Shown: positions 1 through 10,602, counted from the first letter of the stretch. The stretch: DNA of 41,603 nucleotides from an uncultured Ignavibacteriales bacterium (GCA_937138605.1 CAKZPH010000147.1:1-41603); one strand, 5' to 3'. The notes: generated by a model from the letters alone, not told the origin. Program-made: numbers and translations.

Positions 1-360
1 CGAATTTGCATTTAAATCGGACATCTTTAATAAAGCTATCTCTTTAATTTGTTCTTTAGTTACCTTACCAACTTTAACTTTATTAGGCTCTGAAGAACCT
101 TTTTCTAATTTAGCTGCTTTTAATAATAAAGTTGATGCTGGAGGAGTTTTTGTAACAAATGTAAAGGACTTGTCAGAGTAAACAGTAATAACAACTGGAA
201 TTATATAACCTATCTTATCTTGAGTTCTTGCATTGAATTGTTTGCAAAACTCCATGATGTTTACCCCTCTTTGTCCTAATGCCGGACCAACTGGAGGAGA
301 AGGATTTGCTTGTCCAGCGGGTATTTGTAGCTTGATATAACCAACTACTTTTTTAGCCAT
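1..360 (-). CDS. rplK: 50S ribosomal protein L11 (3'-truncated by window edge; absent from ORF track)
   Basis: Manual translation from ATG at 360: [46 protein letters not shown]; directly downstream of nusG. Confidence 0.98.
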   Translation of the reverse strand, partial: MAKKVVGYIKLQIPAGQANPSPPVGPALGQRGVNIMEFCKQFNARTQDKIGYIIPVVITVYSDKSFTFVTKTPPASTLLLKAAKLEKGSSEPNKVKVGKVTKEQIKEIALLKMSDLNANS

Positions 361-374
361 ATTATTCTCTCAAT

Positions 375-908
375 TTATTTTTCCAATTCTGCTTGAGTAA
401 AATCGATTTCTATAGGAGTTTTTCGACCAAAAATACTTACTTCGACTTTTAATTTTAGTTTTTCATTATTCACTTCTTTTACCGTTCCTTTAAAGTTGTT
501 AAATGGACCAGAAATTATTTTCACTGGATCACCAACTCTAAAAGGATTTTCAAGTCTCTCACCACTTTGTTCTTCTTGAATTTTTCCAAAAATTCTTTTG
601 ACCTCTTGGGGTTGCAGAGGTTGAGGTTTGTTTTTTGACCCTAAAAACCCCATTACAGATGGTACACTCAAGATAATATCAATAACTTTCTTATCAAGTT
701 CAGCTTCTATTAAAATGTACCCAGGGAAAAAACTTTTACTTTTAGATTTTTTCTTACCCTCTTTTACTTCAATAACCTTTTCTATTGGTAAAACGATTTG
801 TTTGATGTATGGTTGAAGATTTTGACGATCTATTTCCTTCTCAATAGCAATTTTAACCTTATTCTCATGCCCAGAAAATGTTCTCAAAACATACCATTGA
901 TAAACCAT
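375..908 (-). CDS. nusG: Transcription termination/antitermination factor NusG
   Basis: WYVLRTFSGHE, FFPGYILIE, KOW motif ISGPFNNFKG, VSIFGRKTP; secE-nusG-rplK synteny. Confidence 0.98.
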   Translation of the reverse strand: MVYQWYVLRTFSGHENKVKIAIEKEIDRQNLQPYIKQIVLPIEKVIEVKEGKKKSKSKSFFPGYILIEAELDKKVIDIILSVPSVMGFLGSKNKPQPLQPQEVKRIFGKIQEEQSGERLENPFRVGDPVKIISGPFNNFKGTVKEVNNEKLKLKVEVSIFGRKTPIEIDFTQAELEK

Positions 909-909
909 T

Positions 910-1092
910 CTAAAAAATCCCCTTAAAGATATTTGTTAAGATTTGATCAATTATATAAACAAACACTGCGAGAATAAGACAAGTTATTATAATAAGTGAA
1001 GTTGACCCTTTTAACTCTTCTTGAGTTGGCCAACTAACCTTTTTCATTTCTTTAACGACATCGGAAAAATAGTTGATAATTTTTTCTTTCAT
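910..1092 (-). CDS. secE: Preprotein translocase subunit SecE
   Basis: EMKKVSWPT motif plus one TM helix; between tRNA-Trp and nusG. Confidence 0.97.
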   Translation of the reverse strand: MKEKIINYFSDVVKEMKKVSWPTQEELKGSTSLIIITCLILAVFVYIIDQILTNIFKGIF

Positions 1093-1111
1093 AGTAAAAG
1101 TCCTCTATTAG

Positions 1112-1184
1112 CACGTCTGGAGGGACTCGAACCCCCAACCTGCGGTTTTGGAGACCGCTGCTCTACCAATTGAGCTACAGACGT
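1112..1184 (-). tRNA. tRNA-Trp (CCA)
   Basis: Acceptor ACGTCTG/CAGACGT, anticodon loop CTCCAAA, T-loop TTCGAGT; no encoded 3' CCA. Confidence 0.97.
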
Positions 1185-1188
1185 ATGC

Positions 1189-1338
1189 CTATTTCGTTTC
1201 TTTATGAATTGTATGTTTATTGCACCACTTGCAGTATTTCTTGAACTCTACTCTTCCTGAATGGAGTTTTTTGTTTTTTGTAGTGGTGTAATTTCTTCTT
1301 TTACATTCGGTACATTCTAAAGTAATAATTTCTCTCAT
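1189..1338 (-). CDS. rpmG: 50S ribosomal protein L33, zinc-ribbon form, 49 aa (below ORF-track cutoff)
   Basis: Manual translation [49 protein letters not shown]; two CxxC motifs. Confidence 0.97.
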   Translation of the reverse strand: MREIITLECTECKRRNYTTTKNKKLHSGRVEFKKYCKWCNKHTIHKETK

Positions 1339-1357
1339 TTCAACTTCTCAAATTTAG

Positions 1358-1430
<73 letters not shown>

Positions 1431-1499
1431 AATTATTTCTACAAAAGATTTTCCGATCATTTGAAAACTTACGTTCACATTTAAATTTAATTTAGCTTG

Positions 1500-1572
1500 A
1501 GCGGGAGACGGGACTCGAACCCGCGACCAACAGCTTGGAAGGCTGTGACTCTGCCAACTGAGTTACTCCCGC
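1500..1572 (-). tRNA. tRNA-Gly (TCC)
   Basis: Acceptor GCGGGAG/CTCCCGC, U73, anticodon TCC, T-loop TTCGAGT. Confidence 0.97.
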
Positions 1573-1650
1573 ATTACTATAAAATCAAAACACTTCTGAA
1601 ATAATATTAACAAGTTTTAAGACTCGACTAAAAATTTAAAAGAACTAATG

Positions 1651-1735
1651 TGGGTAGCGAGGGATTCGAACCCCCTAAGGCGTTAAGCCAACGGATTTAC
1701 AGTCCGCCCCGGCTCTCCAACTCCGGCGTCTACCC
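1651..1735 (-). tRNA. tRNA-Tyr (GTA), long variable arm, non-canonical core (C8, A7-G66)
   Basis: GGGTAGACGCCGGAGTTGGAGAGCCGGGGCGGACTGTAAATCCGTTGGCTTAACGCCTTAGGGGGTTCGAATCCCTCGCTACCCA; anticodon loop CTGTAAA, A73. Confidence 0.93.
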
Positions 1736-1761
1736 ATTATTATTCCACATCTTAGCTTGCA

Positions 1762-1798
1762 ATTATAGTTATTTTAATCAATATGTGCAAGAAGTCAA
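1762..1798 (-). promoter_or_regulatory. Putative promoter(s) of the tRNA/rpmG/secE/nusG/rplK operon
   Basis: Minus strand TTGCAC-17nt-TATAAT (1790-1762) and overlapping TTGACT-16nt-TAAAAT (1798-1771), ending 26 nt upstream of tRNA-Tyr. Confidence 0.6.
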
Positions 1799-2621
1799 TA
1801 TTCGATATCAAATTTTCTAGTTTTTTAATTATTAATAGTAATTTTAAAGCGAAAAAGTGATAAGCACAACAGAAAAACTTGTAAAGAAAAACACTAACTT
1901 AATATTGAACCTTAAATTAATAATGAAAAATACTATATAGTATTCAACAGCTTGCAATTAAGAATCCTCTAATCATTTAAAGATTAATATTAAATCAAAA
2001 ATTAGTTTTTTAATCGAGTAAAAGTTTATGCGAATTAAATTCTGGAAAATTTTATTTAACGAGTTACTTATATTTTATAGAAGACAATTTTAATAAAGTA
2101 TAGATCACGTGCTTTAAGCAGTCAAACATTAAAATCAATAAATAATTTAAGTTTTATAATTTATTTGAAGAGAAGTAGTTATTTTCAAGTTAAATTCTGT
2201 TTTAATTTACTTTATTCCAAAAGGATTAAGAAAATTTTTAGCTAAAAAAACTTTCAAAGATCTAAGTGAATCAACTGTATAGGACTATAAATATAAAGAT
2301 TCTTCATTATCCCAAATGAATTCTTGAAAAATAATCACGTTTTATTTTTTATTACATTCATGTGATCTGATTAATAAAAAAGTCAGTTCTCCAAAACCAT
2401 TGTAAAATAGTACTTGTTTAGCGTGTGCTATTTAATGTATTAATAGTTTATAATAAGTTAGGTGATAATAATTTGCTCGTTATGGAAACGTAAAGTTTTT
2501 GGAAACATTAAATTGATCAAAGAGATAATCTCACTTACAATAAATTAAATTTAGTAGTTAATAAAACTAATTGATACTAAGTTAACTAATAACGAGATTC
2601 ATATTACAATTTTTATAAATA

Positions 2622-4163
2622 TTAGAGTAATCCCCAATGGCTCCGATCAAGACTTCTATATTGAATTGCTTCACTTAAATGATGGGGCAATATTCTCTCA
2701 CTTCCATCAAGATCAGCAATGGTCCTTGAAACCTTTAGAATTCGATCATAAGCTCTAGCTGAAAGCCCAAGTTTTGTAATTGCATTTTTAAGAAGTTCTT
2801 CTCCAATAGAGTCGATAACACAAAATCTTTTTACAAGCTTTGAATTCATACTCGCATTAGAATAAATACCGGGATGTTCCTTAAATCTTCTTAATTGAAT
2901 TTCTCTTGCACGAGTCACTCTTTCACGAATTGTTTTTGAACTTTCGCCCTGAGATGATGAGAGTAATTCTTTAAACTTCACGGCAGGAACCTCCACATGA
3001 ATATCTATTCTATCTAATAATGGCCCAGAAATTTTTGCAACATACTTTTGAATCTGTTGAAGAGTACATGTACATTCTTTGGTTGGATCGGTATAATAAC
3101 CGCATGGACATGGATTCAATGCCGCTAACAACATGAAGTTTGCAGGAAATTCTAAAGTCAATTTTGACCGACTAATTGTAACCTTTCTATCTTCTAATGG
3201 TTGACGTAAAACTTCTAAAACGTTTTTCTTAAATTCAGGTAGCTCATCAAGAAAAAGAACTCCATTATGGGCAAGTGACACTTCACCTGGTCTAGGATAA
3301 GTACCACCCCCTATTAAAGCTACATCTGATGAAGTATGATGGGGATTTCGAAATGGCCTATTAGTAACAATCGGACTATCATGTTTTAATAGGCCAGCGA
3401 CTGAATGTATTTTTGTAGTCTCTAAAGCTTCTTCAAAAGTAAGAGTTGGAAGGATAGTAGGTAGCCTTCGAGCTAACATTGTTTTGCCTGAGCCAGGTGG
3501 ACCAATCATTAAAATATTGTGAGCACCCGCTGCTGCAACTTCTAAAGCTCGTTTAACATTTTCTTGACCTTTAACCTCAGAAAAATCAACAGGATACTCA
3601 CTTGAACTTTCAAAAATCTTTTTAATATCAGTCTTAACGGGATTGTAGTTACTTATATTGTTTATAATTTCGATACAATGTGTCAAACTCGTTGCTGAAT
3701 AAATATCTAAACCATGCACAATACTGGCTTCAATAGCATTCTTCTCAGGTAGAATAACACCTTTGAAACCAGCACTTTTAGCTTTTATACATATTGGAAG
3801 AACTCCATGGATTGGTCTTAAGTAACCATCAAGAGAAAGTTCCCCTAGAATTAAATAGTCAGAGAGATTATTAAACTCAAAATTTTGGTTAGCTTGAAGA
3901 ATACTTAGAGCAATAGGTAAATCAAATGCACTCCCTTCTTTCTTTACATCTGCAGGAGCAAGATTGATTGTAATTTTTTTACTTGGAAAGGTAAAACCTG
4001 AATTTTTAATTGCTGCTATGACTCTTTCCCTGCTTTCCTTCACAGTATTATCAGGTAAACCTACTATAATAAAATTGGGTAGTTGATTCTCAATGTGTAT
4101 TTCAACTTCCACTATTAAAGCATCGATTCCAAAAGTTGCAGCAGAGTATACCTTGCCAAACAT
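2622..4163 (-). CDS. comM: YifB/ComM family Mg-chelatase-like AAA+ ATPase
   Basis: INLAPADVKKEGSAFDLPIA, Walker A GPPGSGKT, PGEVSLAHNGVLFLDELPEF, NPCPCG, SGPLLDRID, LSARAYDRILKVSRTIADL. Confidence 0.93.
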   Translation of the reverse strand: MFGKVYSAATFGIDALIVEVEIHIENQLPNFIIVGLPDNTVKESRERVIAAIKNSGFTFPSKKITINLAPADVKKEGSAFDLPIALSILQANQNFEFNNLSDYLILGELSLDGYLRPIHGVLPICIKAKSAGFKGVILPEKNAIEASIVHGLDIYSATSLTHCIEIINNISNYNPVKTDIKKIFESSSEYPVDFSEVKGQENVKRALEVAAAGAHNILMIGPPGSGKTMLARRLPTILPTLTFEEALETTKIHSVAGLLKHDSPIVTNRPFRNPHHTSSDVALIGGGTYPRPGEVSLAHNGVLFLDELPEFKKNVLEVLRQPLEDRKVTISRSKLTLEFPANFMLLAALNPCPCGYYTDPTKECTCTLQQIQKYVAKISGPLLDRIDIHVEVPAVKFKELLSSSQGESSKTIRERVTRAREIQLRRFKEHPGIYSNASMNSKLVKRFCVIDSIGEELLKNAITKLGLSARAYDRILKVSRTIADLDGSERILPHHLSEAIQYRSLDRSHWGLL

Positions 4164-4262
4164 TAATAATGCCTTTTTTATAAAATTAACTATTCAGTAT
4201 TCTAATTACAATAATTAAAGAAGGTTAGCGAACGTGTACTCATTTATGAAAAATACAATTAC

Positions 4263-4859
4263 TTAAGAACTCAATTTATTCTTGGAGATTAAATATTCTT
4301 TCAACTTTTCTAATGCATTATATCTATGACTTATCTTGTTTTTAACCTCAATTGGAAGTTCAGCAAAAGTTAAATCGTATCCATCTGGTTTAAATAAAGG
4401 ATCATAGCCAAAACCATTTTTACCACGTGGTTCATCAACAATTTCACCTTTACATTCACCAAAAAAGATTTCATCATCGTCTTCTGATTTTAAATTAATT
4501 ACGCAAACAAATCTAGCCCTATGGGGTTTGGGTTTTCTTATTAATTCTTCTAAAAGTTTTGCGTTGTTTTTGTCATAATTATGTTCTTCTCCAGAATAAT
4601 TTGAAGAGTTAATACCTGGTTTTCCCTCCAATATTTCAACCTCAAGTCCGGAGTCATCTGCAATGGTTGGAATTTTAGTTAATTCAAAAATTGTGGTAGC
4701 TTTTTTTCTTGCATTAGCCTCAAAAGTACTACCATCTTCAATAATTTTAACATCAATATTAATATCTTGAAGGGTAATTAAATCTATTGGTAAGTCTCGC
4801 AGAATTTCTTTGACTTCGCTGATTTTATCAGGATTATTTGAAGCAAAAAGAAGTTTCAT
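4263..4859 (-). CDS. rdgB: RdgB/HAM1 non-canonical purine NTP pyrophosphatase
   Basis: ASNNPDK, ADDSGLEV, GFGYDPLF, KNKISHR motifs. Confidence 0.95.
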   Translation of the reverse strand: MKLLFASNNPDKISEVKEILRDLPIDLITLQDINIDVKIIEDGSTFEANARKKATTIFELTKIPTIADDSGLEVEILEGKPGINSSNYSGEEHNYDKNNAKLLEELIRKPKPHRARFVCVINLKSEDDDEIFFGECKGEIVDEPRGKNGFGYDPLFKPDGYDLTFAELPIEVKNKISHRYNALEKLKEYLISKNKLSS

Positions 4860-4867
4860 AAATATTA

Positions 4868-6211
4868 TCAGTTTACACGATTTAATAATTTTTTTAATTC
4901 TTCTCTGGCTCTTTCCTTTACGAGCTCTACATCAAGAGTTGTATATTCTCTATTTAGATAAACCCATCTGCCGTCAATCATTACGCTGTTAACATTAGTA
5001 TGGTCGCAAGTATAAACTATTGTCGAATAGATTTTATCCTCATCAAAAATTAGAGCGTTATGAATATTATTAACTTCAAGTAAGACCAAATCAGCTTTTT
5101 TACCAACTTCAATGCTGCCAATTTCTTTTTCTAAATGCAAAGCCTTTGCACCACCATACGTGGATAGTTCAAAAACTTGTTTTGCGTTCATAACCTCTTG
5201 CCCATAAAAGGGTTTTTGAATAAGAGATGCCATCCTCATCTCGATAAAAATGTCTAGAAAATTATTGCAAGGTGCACCATCAGCACCCAAGGATACTGAA
5301 ATTCCTTCATTAAGATATCTTGGAATCTTAGCAATACCAGAGGCGAGCTTTAAATTCGACGATGGACAATGAAGAACTCTAGCCTCCCTATGTTTCATTA
5401 GGTTTATTTCTTTATCATTTAACCAGATACAGTGGGCAATACAACTTTTATCATCTAAAATTTCAAGTTCTTCAAAGACTTCAATGTTATCTTTACCAAA
5501 ACGATTTCTAACATTTTCCAGTTCAATACGATTTTCGCTTGCGTGAGTGTGAAATAAAGTCCCCGGAAATTCATTCATAAGCTCTTTGGTAGTTTTCATT
5601 AACTCATCTGAACAAGACAGAATAAATCTTGGAGAAAAAGCATACTTAATTCTTTCATCAGCTTTGTTATGAAATTCTTTGGCAAGTTCTTCTGTAGTTC
5701 GGATAGCATCTTTTGTTGGTTCAGAAAGTTTAGAATAAAGTGTGTTTATATCCATCATTGCTTTGCCATGAAATGCACGCATTCCAGTAATTTGTAATTG
5801 TTCAAAGATTACATCTGAATGATTCAGGCTACCTATATCAAGGATTGTAGTTGTTCCACATCTAATCAATTCAGATATTCCAAGGAGGGCTGAATATTTC
5901 ATTGACTCTTTATTATGAGCGAATTCATATGGCATAATTTTTAATTGCAGCCAGTCGAGTAGTTCTAAATCATCTGCTAACCCACGGAAGAGAGTTTGAC
6001 AAAGATGAATATGCGTTTGGACGAAACCAGGTATTAATATTAAATCAGGAAATTGGAATAGTTCCCAACCAAATTCTTTTGCTTTTGATTCTAAAGCACT
6101 TGTTTTTTCGATTGAAACAATTCTGTTTTTAGAAATTAACAATGAATGATCTCGAAGTATCTCATACTTAGCATTCATTGTAACGATTATTGCAGGTGAT
6201 ATAACTTTCAT
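4868..6211 (-). CDS. Amidohydrolase-family deaminase (5'-deoxyadenosine/MTA/SAH deaminase-like)
   Basis: HxH (QTHIHLCQTLFRG), HTHASE, AHCIW, HCPSSNLKLASG, GADGAPCNN, GSIEVGKKADLV; substrate is inferred. Confidence 0.85.
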   Translation of the reverse strand: MKVISPAIIVTMNAKYEILRDHSLLISKNRIVSIEKTSALESKAKEFGWELFQFPDLILIPGFVQTHIHLCQTLFRGLADDLELLDWLQLKIMPYEFAHNKESMKYSALLGISELIRCGTTTILDIGSLNHSDVIFEQLQITGMRAFHGKAMMDINTLYSKLSEPTKDAIRTTEELAKEFHNKADERIKYAFSPRFILSCSDELMKTTKELMNEFPGTLFHTHASENRIELENVRNRFGKDNIEVFEELEILDDKSCIAHCIWLNDKEINLMKHREARVLHCPSSNLKLASGIAKIPRYLNEGISVSLGADGAPCNNFLDIFIEMRMASLIQKPFYGQEVMNAKQVFELSTYGGAKALHLEKEIGSIEVGKKADLVLLEVNNIHNALIFDEDKIYSTIVYTCDHTNVNSVMIDGRWVYLNREYTTLDVELVKERAREELKKLLNRVN

Positions 6212-6555
6212 TTCACTCGCTCATAAATTTCATCAATAATTGAAAAAGCATATCTAAGATGAGGTATTACTATAGATCCTCCAATTATTAGAGCAATGTT
6301 TAGCGATTCTAATAATTCCTCTTTAGTTGCACCAGCCTTTATACTTTCTTCAATGTGATAGAAAATACAATCATTGCACCTCAATACCATTGACCCAACA
6401 AGCCCCATTAATTCCTTATATTTTTTTGGTATAGCTCCTTCGTGATATGCTTTTGAATCAAGAGCAAAAAATTTTTTAAAGTCAGAAAATCCAGATTCAA
6501 GAATTTTCTGATTCATCTTATTTCGAAATTCATGAAAATCATCATATCTACTCAT
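6208..6555 (-). CDS. Carboxymuconolactone decarboxylase / AhpD-like protein
   Basis: KYKELMGLVGSMVLRCNDCIFYH (CxxC...H), GATKEEL. Confidence 0.88.
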   Translation of the reverse strand: MSRYDDFHEFRNKMNQKILESGFSDFKKFFALDSKAYHEGAIPKKYKELMGLVGSMVLRCNDCIFYHIEESIKAGATKEELLESLNIALIIGGSIVIPHLRYAFSIIDEIYERVK

Positions 6556-6596
6556 TGAAATTCTCTTTTTTATAATTTGAATAGAATGACTTTACT

Positions 6597-7100
6597 TTAC
6601 CAAATATAACCTAAATTAACTCCTGCGATTAATGATGCGCCACCAAAATTCAAATTCGAAATATGTCCCAAATAATATCTCAAACCTCCAAACAATTCTA
6701 CACCAAATTGGTTGAAGTTCCATTTATAACCTACCTCACCACCTAATCCTAAAAATAAACTTTGATGAGTTTCAGGTAAAGTTTTATTTTTTTCCTCAGC
6801 TGTCCAAATTAGTAAGTCGACTGAAGGGCCATAAAATAAACCAATTATTGGCTTTTTATCATGATACCATCTATAAGAAGCTCCAGCTCCAAGTGCATTA
6901 TTCGAAAAAGAACCAATACTATAACCGACAAAATTACCTCTTATGGCTATGGAATTATCTTTATCATAATGAAATTCATATTGAATATTCAATACACCCC
7001 AAAATAAACCTAAGGGATTTACACCAATAAATTTTTTAGATTGAGCAGAAATAAAATTTGGCAATAGTATCAGAAGAGAAAATAAAATGATTTTCTTCAT
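6597..7100 (-). CDS. Small outer-membrane beta-barrel protein (DUF3575-like)
   Basis: Signal peptide, NPLGL, alternating aromatic beta strands, GYKW, C-terminal NLGYIW. Confidence 0.65.
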   Translation of the reverse strand: MKKIILFSLLILLPNFISAQSKKFIGVNPLGLFWGVLNIQYEFHYDKDNSIAIRGNFVGYSIGSFSNNALGAGASYRWYHDKKPIIGLFYGPSVDLLIWTAEEKNKTLPETHQSLFLGLGGEVGYKWNFNQFGVELFGGLRYYLGHISNLNFGGASLIAGVNLGYIW

Positions 7101-7111
7101 ATTTCCCCCTT

Positions 7112-9943
7112 TTAACTTGTTATAACTAGTTTATTTTTAAGAAATTGTCCAGTATAACTGGCTTTTATTTTAGTTAACTCTAATGGAGTACCTTCAGCAA
7201 CAATGTATCCGCCAAGATCACCTCCTTCAGGACCAAGATCAATTATCCAGTCTGCCGATTTAATAACATCCAGGTTGTGTTCAATAACTATTACTGTATT
7301 TCCTTTATCAACCAAATTATTTAAAACTTTCAAGAGAATCCTAATATCTTCGAAATGAAGACCTGTTGTAGGTTCATCAAAAACATAAAGTGTTTTCCCG
7401 GTTTGAACTTTTGAAAGCTCAGCAGCAAGTTTTACTCGTTGAGCTTCACCTCCAGAAAGAGTAGTGGCTTGTTGCCCCAGTTTAATATAACCAAGTCCAA
7501 CATCACAAAGAGCTTGCAATTTTCTTTTTATGCGTGGAAGGTCTTCGAAGAAATGAAAAGCTTCTTCAACCGTCATATCGAGAACATCTGCAATAGATTT
7601 TCCTTTGTAAGTAACTTCAAGGGTTTCTTTATTGTATCTTTTACCTTTACAAACTTCACAGAGTACATAAACATTTGGTAAAAAATTCATTTCTATTTTT
7701 CTAAGACCATCACCTTCGCATTTTTCGCATCTACCACCTTTGACATTAAAACTGAATCTCCCTGCTTTAAATCCACGAATTTTTGATTCAGGTAATTCGG
7801 CAAACAAATCACGAATCAGGTTGAAAAGTGTGGTATAGGTCGCAGGATTAGACCTGGGTGTTCTTCCTATGGGTGTTTGATCAATTTGTATCACTTTATC
7901 AATTTCTGAAAGACCTTCAATTGAGTCATAAGAAAGAGGTACAAGTTTTGAGTTATAAAATTTTTTGAAAAGAATTTTAGCTAAAGTGTCAATTATTAAA
8001 GTAGATTTTCCAGAACCACTAACACCTGTCACACAGATAAATTTTCCAAGTGGAAATTTGACCGTAATATTTTTAAGGTTATTACCACGAGCACCTTTAA
8101 GAATAAGATACTTACCATTACCAATTCTTGGAGTAATATTAAATCCAATTTCCCTTTTATTAAAAAGATAATCTAAAGTAATCGAATTTAATTCATGATT
8201 ATCATTACGCATTAAATCTTCAAGATATCCTTGAACTACAACTTTCCCACCATTTTGCGCAGCTCCAGGTCCAAGGTCAATCAAATAATCTGCATTAATA
8301 ATTGTTTCCTCATCATGTTCAACAACTATAATTGTATTGCCTAAGTCCCTTAACTTTTTCAAACTGTTAATCAGTTTAATGTTATCCCGTTGATGTAATC
8401 CGATGCTCGGTTCATCTAAAACGTAAAGTACACCTGTAAGTTGAGAACCTATTTGTGTTGCTAATCTAATTCTTTGTAGTTCTCCACCTGAAAGAGTTGC
8501 TGCATTTCTATTTAATGAAAGATAATCAAGTCCCACATTCATCAAAAAATCAAGACGCATTTTAATTTCACGTAAAATGGGCCGAGCTATCTCTGCATTT
8601 CTACCTTCAAATCTTAACTCGTTGAAAAATTCTGTTAAGTCTTTAATTGATAATTCAGCAAGTTGACCAATATGTTTGTTATTGATTTTTATACTTAAAG
8701 ATTCCTTTTTCAATCGATAACCATTACAATCGGGGCACTCTTCAACTGTCATATATGCTTCAACCCATTGACGAATATTCCTGGAGGCTGTTGTTCTATA
8801 AACTCTTTGTAAAAATGGAATGACTCCAACGAACGAATGAGGCGATGTTAGATAATCCCCACTTGCCAATTTATACTTAAACTCAAATTTCTTATTCCCT
8901 GAACCAAAAAGTATAACTTGACGAATATTGCTTGCGATATCCTTCAATGGTGTATTAAAATCAAAATTGCAAGTTTCAGCCAGTGAACTCAAATTATAGA
9001 AAAACCACATTTCTCTTGGTTTACCGAAGGGCGCAATGGCTCCTTGATTGATAGATAAATTTAAGTCTGGTATTACTAATTCTGGATTTACTGTTTTTGT
9101 AACTCCAAGACCTTCACAGGAAGGACAGGCCCCATATGGAGAATTAAATGAAAAAGAATTGGGTGCAGGCTCAGATAGGCTTATTCCACAACGAAGGCAA
9201 GCGAGAGTTTTATTATAAATTTTTTCATTTTCATCATCTGAAATTATTACTACTCCATTTCCATAAAGCAAGGCATATTCCAGTGATTCCCGGATTCTTC
9301 TTTCTGATTTTCTTAAAATCTCAACACGATCGATTAAAATTTCAATATTATGAATTTTGTATCTCTCAACTTGCATTCCTTTGGTTATTTCATAAATTTC
9401 ACCATCCACTCTAGCCTTTATAAATCCATCTTTTAATATATCTTCGAACAATTCACGATAATGTCCTTTTCTTCCTCGCACAACTGGGGCTAAGATGTTA
9501 ACCTTTTTACCAAAAAAGTCTCTCAACACTGATTCATATATTTGATCACCGCTCATTTTTTCAACGGGATTAAAACACTGAGGACAATAGGGCGTACCCA
9601 CTCTAGCAAATAACAAACGTAGAAAATCATATATTTCAGTGATTGTTCCAACAGTTGAACGTGGATTGGCTGAAGTAGATTTTTGTTCGATGGAAATCGA
9701 AGGGCTTAAACCTTCGATGAAATCTACATCTGGTTTTTCCAAATCTCCTAAAAATTGTCGAGCGTATGCAGAAAGTGATTCTATAAATCTTCTCTGTCCT
9801 TCCGCGTAGATCGTATCAAAAGCAAGAGAAGACTTACCAGATCCAGAAAGACCCGTAATTACGATAAATTTATCACGAGGAATCTCTATGTCCAAATTTT
9901 TCAAATTATGTTCACGTGCACCTCGAATGATAATCTTGTCCAT
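7112..9943 (-). CDS. uvrA: Excinuclease ABC subunit A
   Basis: GAREHNLKN, two Walker A motifs ([16 protein letters not shown]), two LSGGE signatures, CxxC zinc fingers. Confidence 0.99.
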   Translation of the reverse strand: MDKIIIRGAREHNLKNLDIEIPRDKFIVITGLSGSGKSSLAFDTIYAEGQRRFIESLSAYARQFLGDLEKPDVDFIEGLSPSISIEQKSTSANPRSTVGTITEIYDFLRLLFARVGTPYCPQCFNPVEKMSGDQIYESVLRDFFGKKVNILAPVVRGRKGHYRELFEDILKDGFIKARVDGEIYEITKGMQVERYKIHNIEILIDRVEILRKSERRIRESLEYALLYGNGVVIISDDENEKIYNKTLACLRCGISLSEPAPNSFSFNSPYGACPSCEGLGVTKTVNPELVIPDLNLSINQGAIAPFGKPREMWFFYNLSSLAETCNFDFNTPLKDIASNIRQVILFGSGNKKFEFKYKLASGDYLTSPHSFVGVIPFLQRVYRTTASRNIRQWVEAYMTVEECPDCNGYRLKKESLSIKINNKHIGQLAELSIKDLTEFFNELRFEGRNAEIARPILREIKMRLDFLMNVGLDYLSLNRNAATLSGGELQRIRLATQIGSQLTGVLYVLDEPSIGLHQRDNIKLINSLKKLRDLGNTIIVVEHDEETIINADYLIDLGPGAAQNGGKVVVQGYLEDLMRNDNHELNSITLDYLFNKREIGFNITPRIGNGKYLILKGARGNNLKNITVKFPLGKFICVTGVSGSGKSTLIIDTLAKILFKKFYNSKLVPLSYDSIEGLSEIDKVIQIDQTPIGRTPRSNPATYTTLFNLIRDLFAELPESKIRGFKAGRFSFNVKGGRCEKCEGDGLRKIEMNFLPNVYVLCEVCKGKRYNKETLEVTYKGKSIADVLDMTVEEAFHFFEDLPRIKRKLQALCDVGLGYIKLGQQATTLSGGEAQRVKLAAELSKVQTGKTLYVFDEPTTGLHFEDIRILLKVLNNLVDKGNTVIVIEHNLDVIKSADWIIDLGPEGGDLGGYIVAEGTPLELTKIKASYTGQFLKNKLVITS

Positions 9944-10163
9944 CGTATTTTTCTATTTGAAATATTTATCTACTCATTTTAATTAATAATTATGTCTTTT
10001 TCAAATGACTAAATCGGGAAGCTTTAGCGTTAAAGATGTTAATTTTTAATAAGGAACATTCAATGATACGATTACAACATTGATTTCTTTGGTCTCTAAG
10101 ATTTTATTATAAGAATTAAATCAATTGATTGAACCAGTTAATTTAGAAGGTGATATCTTTTGA

Positions 10164-10595
10164 TTAATGAGATCTTTTTCGTGCATTGAGAAACAGTTTT
10201 AATTCTGTAAAGTCTTCAATTAATGAAAGAAGTTTTCCGAAAGATGCGTGATGCATTTCAAAGTATCTAGTTTCAAAAGAAAGTTTTTCCATTTCCTCAA
10301 AATTGTGTATAACTTCTTTCAATTTTGTTTTAAAAGTTTCAATAGATTCAGAAAAATTTTGAGTTAGATCTTTCCAGTATTCTTCTTTTACTTCGAGATT
10401 ACGATCTTGAAGTAAATTATAAATCCCTGAACAATATTTGGAAATAAACGCAATATCCTCCAATAATTGAAATCTATCCATCTTGAAAATTGTTTCTATT
10501 ATCCTGGATATATCCAACTCATTATGAAGTTGTTTGTTTGAAAAGCTCTTGAATTCATTAATAAAAATTTCCGCTTTCGTACATGAACTTAACAT
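10164..10595 (-). CDS. Hypothetical helical protein
   Basis: 143 aa ORF, ATG start 7 nt after the S8 protease stop; no motif recognised. Confidence 0.7.
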   Translation of the reverse strand: MLSSCTKAEIFINEFKSFSNKQLHNELDISRIIETIFKMDRFQLLEDIAFISKYCSGIYNLLQDRNLEVKEEYWKDLTQNFSESIETFKTKLKEVIHNFEEMEKLSFETRYFEMHHASFGKLLSLIEDFTELKLFLNARKRSH

Positions 10596-10602
10596 GGCTA
10601 TT

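Noticed and set aside
1736-2621. CRISPR array or tandem repeats in the long gap
   Set aside because: Only short scattered repeats (TGGAAAC twice, ATCACGT twice); no regular repeat-spacer period.
2622-4163. comM as a mobile-element insertion hotspot
   Set aside because: The ORF is full length and uninterrupted; no integrase nearby.
9944-10163. SOS box upstream of uvrA; palindrome AATCAATTGATT at 10119-10130
   Set aside because: No match to LexA motifs I know; a 12-bp AT-rich palindrome is plausible by chance.
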